Virus record (IMG/VR): IMGVR_UViG_3300035506_000159
From: an uncultured virus (IMG/VR IMGVR_UViG_3300035506_000159)
Lineage: Duplodnaviria > Heunggongvirae > Uroviricota > Caudoviricetes
Direction: 5' to 3' (one strand)
DNA length: 64,000 nt
Below, in pieces: positions 60,297 to 64,000 of the stretch. Position numbers and translations under genes: made by a program. Positions within the stretch are counted from its first letter, which is position 1. Every line of letters starts with the position of its first letter. The notes below the pieces were generated by a model. It ran no database searches and was not told the origin of the DNA. It saw only the letters and a program-made list of their open reading frames with translations.

Positions 60297-60725
60297 ATGA
60301 ATACTTATATTGCATCAATTGATAAAGATAATAATGAGTTGGGTGTCGTATTTGAGGACATCAATGGTCAAACGTTCAAGACCTCCATCAACCTCGAACC
60401 CCTGAATATTTCCGAGGATTTTATTTATTTCCTCAAAAAAACTCGCACTGTTTATGCGTATGGCTATGACTGTGATAAATACGCTGCGATGTTTTTTCCT
60501 TCCATTAAATACATCAATATGTATAAAGAGCTGCGAAACATGGATACCGTCGAATATGATGACTATGCACGCTCCAACAACTTCTACACAGACAGTGGCA
60601 ACGTATCCTACCGTTTGCTTTATGTTGTGCGATGGATAAAGAAGAATAATAAATACGTCCAAACGCATAAAGCAATCGATGACGCTGAGATGGCCTTGAA
60701 TGTGATTCATAAGTTTTTCAACTAG
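60297..60725 (+). CDS. Degenerate DEDDh exonuclease-like protein
   Basis: 142 aa; retains ExoIII-like HKAIDDAE and AYG..CD but no recognisable ExoI. Confidence 0.55.
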   Translation: MNTYIASIDKDNNELGVVFEDINGQTFKTSINLEPLNISEDFIYFLKKTRTVYAYGYDCDKYAAMFFPSIKYINMYKELRNMDTVEYDDYARSNNFYTDSGNVSYRLLYVVRWIKKNNKYVQTHKAIDDAEMALNVIHKFFN

Positions 60726-60735
60726 TTTGAGGAAC

Positions 60736-60766
60736 TAGGGGATACCCGATACTAGGGTATCCCCTA
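60736..60766. terminator. Hairpin after 60725
   Basis: TAGGGGATACCC-GATACTA-GGGTATCCCCTA. Confidence 0.7.
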
Positions 60767-60775
60767 TATTGTATT

Positions 60776-60818
60776 CTATCGAACATTTGTACTATCGAAC
60801 ATTTGTACTATCGAACAT
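60776..60818. repeat. 16-bp tandem repeat of near-consensus SOS boxes
   Basis: CTATCGAACATTTGTA x2.7; each unit gives CGAAC-ATTT-GTAC. Confidence 0.75.
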
Positions 60819-60826
60819 GGCGAAAA

Positions 60827-60856
60827 ATTTTAGCATACTCCCCTACAAAAAGTCAA
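60827..60856 (-). promoter_or_regulatory. Leftward SigA promoter firing into SOS-box repeat
   Basis: TTGACT-N18-TAAAAT with extended TG. Confidence 0.55.
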
Positions 60857-61026
60857 GACCTGAATTGTGGAGATTTTATGAATTTTAGCCCATTCCCGCA
60901 ACTATGGAGATTCTATGTAATTTTAGAGAAACTGGAATTTCTCAAGAATAAACCCGCTGCTACGTGGCATAATATCCATAGCACGCGGGTAATCCCGCCC
61001 GCGTGGGAGGTACTAGGAGGTACCCT

Positions 61027-61398
61027 ATGAGCAAGTACACGAACGCTACCGCCCTGTCCGCTGCCATCACTGTCATGAACCGTCTGTATGAGGACAATAG
61101 CCCGCTCTATGATGCCGAACTCGTTCAGAAACTCGAGTCCATGCACGCGGTAGCCATCAAGCCGCGCAAAAAGTCTGATGGTCCCTCCAAAACCGCACAA
61201 GCAAACGCGGCCATTCTTGAAACCATTGTTCCTGTAATTCAGGCTAGCGGAAAACAGTGGACTGCTAAAGAAATCTGCAACACTTTTTCCGAGGTAGCTA
61301 CTAGCCAAAAATCCGTGGCATTGATGCGTCAGGCCATTGCAGACGGTACTATTATTAAAGTACACGTCGGCAGCCAAACCCTTTATCAGGCTGTTTAA
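61027..61398 (+). CDS. Winged-helix DNA-binding protein (paralog B)
   Basis: ATG 61027 with AGGAGG, 123 aa; shares AIKP.KKSDGP.K, TAKE, TSQK.VA.MRQAI, VGSQTLY with paralog A. Confidence 0.78.
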   Translation: MSKYTNATALSAAITVMNRLYEDNSPLYDAELVQKLESMHAVAIKPRKKSDGPSKTAQANAAILETIVPVIQASGKQWTAKEICNTFSEVATSQKSVALMRQAIADGTIIKVHVGSQTLYQAV

Positions 61399-61402
61399 CT
61401 AC

Positions 61403-61433
61403 TAGGGGTACCTAAAAAGGTACCCCTTTTTTC
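61403..61433 (+). terminator. Intrinsic terminator
   Basis: AGGGGTACC-TAAAAA-GGTACCCCT followed by T run. Confidence 0.85.
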
Positions 61434-61544
61434 TGTTACCGGGACTTTAGTATAATAAAGTGCCGGTACAAGAAACTCAAACCGGGTAAACCTAGGTTAA
61501 CTTTAATCACGATCGCCTTTGAATGGGATCGTAACAGTAACAAT

Positions 61545-61587
61545 TAGAACATTTGTTCTACGAACATTCAATCGAACATGTGTTCGA
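61545..61587. promoter_or_regulatory. Cluster of LexA (SOS/Cheo) boxes
   Basis: TAGAACATTTGTTCTA (61545-61560) and TCGAACATGTGTTCGA (61572-61587), both GAAC-N4-GTTC, with a half site between. Confidence 0.8.
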
Positions 61588-62491
61588 GTACGCCCAGAAA
61601 ATGTGGAGATTTTATGTAAATGGAAAAAACTATTGACAAACGCCAGAATTTGTGTTTTCGACATTTTTCCTAAAACTTTATCATGATAAAGTGAGCCATT
61701 TAGAGCCATTTTAAGCCCTTACACGCGCTTAAGTGCGTATTTTCGCTAACATGGCCTTAAATCGGCTCCTATGACCTTACAGGGGTAAAATCTTGTGGAT
61801 TGCTGCACATATTTCCGATAGTTTCAACTTTAATTATCGACAGAATAAAACCCCGATATATTTGTGGTTTTGTGTATAATTATTCATTGTGTTTTTTTGA
61901 TGTTTTTTAAAAATCAAGTACCGTTCACCGATTACACAGAATAAACACATCAATATTTGAATTAATTTCTTAATAAACAATTGAATTAAATTTTGATTAA
62001 AATATTTATTAAAATATTAGTTTAAAATTTTATATATAAATCATTTAACTATTAAACCATTTATGACCATAAGAGCTGAGCAATCGCCCTATAGGCGATT
62101 TTTCCACAACCCCTGGTCTATAGGCGATTCCCTCGGAATTCCTGAAAAAAACAATATAGGCATAAAAAATTTAATTAAAAAATTTATCGGCGGCGAAACT
62201 CTGGGAAAGGCTACCAAGAGACACAAAATCAGTCTATAGGCGAAATTCTGAGAAACGACGGAGCAAAGAAATGCCACCAAGACTATTTGCTTTCAGCAGC
62301 CCGCAGTCATAAGAATTTGAACTAATTTTTTATATAGCATCCAAGAGTAACACAAAAAGTTCTATAGGCTCCTTTTCTATAACCCTTGCGGCATTTGCTA
62401 TTGGCAGTCGCGTTACATAAAAATTTTAATTAAATTTTTGATCTATATACATATAAAAAAAGACCACTCTTGCGAGCAGTCCTTTGATAAT

Positions 62492-62836
62492 TCACTTAGT
62501 TATACGCTTGCGGGTCAGGGTAAGTTCGTAGCGAGCACCGCCCACCTCGAAGGCTACGATGCGTTCTGGATTAACAACCTCCACCGAATCAACATCCGCA
62601 TCTTCAAGGCAATTCCGCAGAAAGCCAATCAGGTTACGCTTAACAGTGTCGGGCTTGCGGGAGGACTTCTTCTTGCTCTTGGTTTCCACAACTTCCTCTT
62701 TCGTCTTGTCAATCAAACCTTCACCAGCAAGATACATTTCAATGCAACCTTTGTTGGTCAATCCATACTTCTTCTTGGCTTCGCGCAGGAAGTCATCGGG
62801 AATCTCAACAGTGTTGCCATCGATAGTGTACTTCAT
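62492..62836 (-). CDS. Hypothetical protein
   Basis: 114 aa, AAAGGAG RBS, downstream hairpin-T run near 62455-62485. Confidence 0.75.
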   Translation of the reverse strand: MKYTIDGNTVEIPDDFLREAKKKYGLTNKGCIEMYLAGEGLIDKTKEEVVETKSKKKSSRKPDTVKRNLIGFLRNCLEDADVDSVEVVNPERIVAFEVGGARYELTLTRKRITK

Positions 62837-62949
62837 GAAGTCTCCTTTGAAAAGGTGGAGAGGAGAGGATTTCGCTTAGCCCGCAAGCCATGCATACCTC
62901 TCCGTCTCCTATATCTTAACTTACCCGCGACAGTAAGAAAGAACCGCTA

Positions 62950-63318
62950 TTAATTCTCCTCCACGAAGGCGGCGAACACAGGCTTAGAAGACTTGGTTTC
63001 ACCGACGATGCGGTCAACCAGGCCCTCCTTCACCAGACGAGAAAGAGCAGCAGAAACCTTCTGCGTGGAGATAGTCTCGCCAATCTGCTCAGACAGGGAC
63101 TCAGCCCACTCAGAAGCAGACAGCTCCGCATCCTCCGCGACCATGTGATTATAGAGAAGCTCAGCGAACTCCGCAACCTTGGGGTTGGCCTTATGCGGAC
63201 GAGGCTTGGAAAGCTGGGCAATGTACTTCTCGCACATCTCAACAACCTCGGAATCATTTGCCATCGTCTCAGCGATACGAGCGAAGAGCTGGGCGCGGGT
63301 CGTCTTGGTGGTAGCCAT
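62950..63318 (-). CDS. Winged-helix DNA-binding protein (distant paralog C)
   Basis: ATG 63318 with AAAGGAG, 122 aa; SASEWA..STQKVSAALSRLVKEGLVDR. Confidence 0.75.
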   Translation of the reverse strand: MATTKTTRAQLFARIAETMANDSEVVEMCEKYIAQLSKPRPHKANPKVAEFAELLYNHMVAEDAELSASEWAESLSEQIGETISTQKVSAALSRLVKEGLVDRIVGETKSSKPVFAAFVEEN

Positions 63319-63379
63319 AGTGTGTTCTCCTTTGAACATCCTGTGATGAGGTTTCCTTTTCCCTCATCTTGTTGATTAT

Positions 63380-63409
63380 ATTATAACATGAAATAGAACC
63401 TGTTGTCAA
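63380..63409 (-). promoter_or_regulatory. SigA promoter
   Basis: TTGACA-N18-TATAAT with extended TG. Confidence 0.8.
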
Positions 63410-63503
63410 GTGCAAGTTTTTATCCATCATTCCAACACATCTTGTTTACCCTCCAAGTCTGCTTTGGTGGAAAATATTTTCTTCCTCTTGACTTTGTAAT
63501 TAT

Positions 63504-63533
63504 ATTATAACATGAAATCAATCCAAGAGTCAA
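63504..63533 (-). promoter_or_regulatory. SigA promoter, duplicate of 63380-63409
   Basis: TTGACT-N18-TATAAT; shares TTTCATGTTATAATATAAT. Confidence 0.75.
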
Positions 63534-63642
63534 TAAGTAATTTTATCACTATAAATGCTACATAATTATTCTAAATGCGGCCATTAAGTAATATATTTGT
63601 GCGGCAAAGGAGATATATTCTATAGACTTTATCTATAAAATA

Positions 63643-63780
63643 TTGAAAATGAAACATTTTTTCATCATTTTGAAAATGAATTTCTTTAAAGAATTACTTG
63701 AAAATGAAAATTTAAAAACGAAATTTTGAAAATGAATTATTTTTTACGTTGAAAATGAAATATTTTTTTCAAAATGAAAT
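63643..63780 (+). repeat. TTGAAAATGAA direct-repeat array
   Basis: Copies at 63643, 63670, 63698, 63726, 63749 and a variant at 63768. Confidence 0.8.
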
Positions 63781-64000
63781 ATTCTTTTATATTCTGGGAT
63801 ACATATGAAAATAGACTTAGAAATATATATGTGCCGCATAGGCTTTATTTCTAAGTCTTTTAACATCTAATCTATAGGGTACGCTAACTCACCAATGTAA
63901 TTTTTATTATATTTAAATATTATATATATAAAATTCTATATAATTAAAAATCAATATATCTTCGCTAGTTGTTTTACTTGCGTTCTTTGCAAGTAATAAC

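Noticed and set aside
61657..61663. Spo0A box (TTCGACA)
   Set aside because: A single 7-mer is expected by chance.
59229..63780. CRISPR array interpretation of the repeat clusters
   Set aside because: Repeats are only 9-16 bp with irregular or no spacers and no cas genes.

Overview
This window is part of a large AT-rich tailed dsDNA phage genome (long tape measure, gene order resembling SPbeta-like large siphoviruses) infecting a Gram-positive host. Positions 1-55137 hold a minus-strand morphogenesis block: packaging, portal, protease/scaffold, capsid, neck, major tail, 3391-aa tape measure, baseplate/fibre, endolysin and holin genes. Two essential genes are each split by two group I introns. 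The terminase large subunit has three exons (585 aa spliced). The major tail protein has three exons (about 319 aa, first exon only 14 nt). One tail-gene intron lacks the canonical U.G 5' splice pair but carries a long antisense guide to the ligated junction. The tail gene also continues in frame past a UGA into a 60-codon acidic extension, a likely readthrough product. Positions 55.2-64 kb are gene-poor: small promoter-gene-terminator cassettes, three related winged-helix proteins and dense DNA signals. These signals include an exact parS, LexA-type SOS boxes, a direct repeat helically phased to -35 hexamers, iteron-like arrays and repeated hairpins. All product calls come from motif recognition and synteny by eye; no database searches were run.
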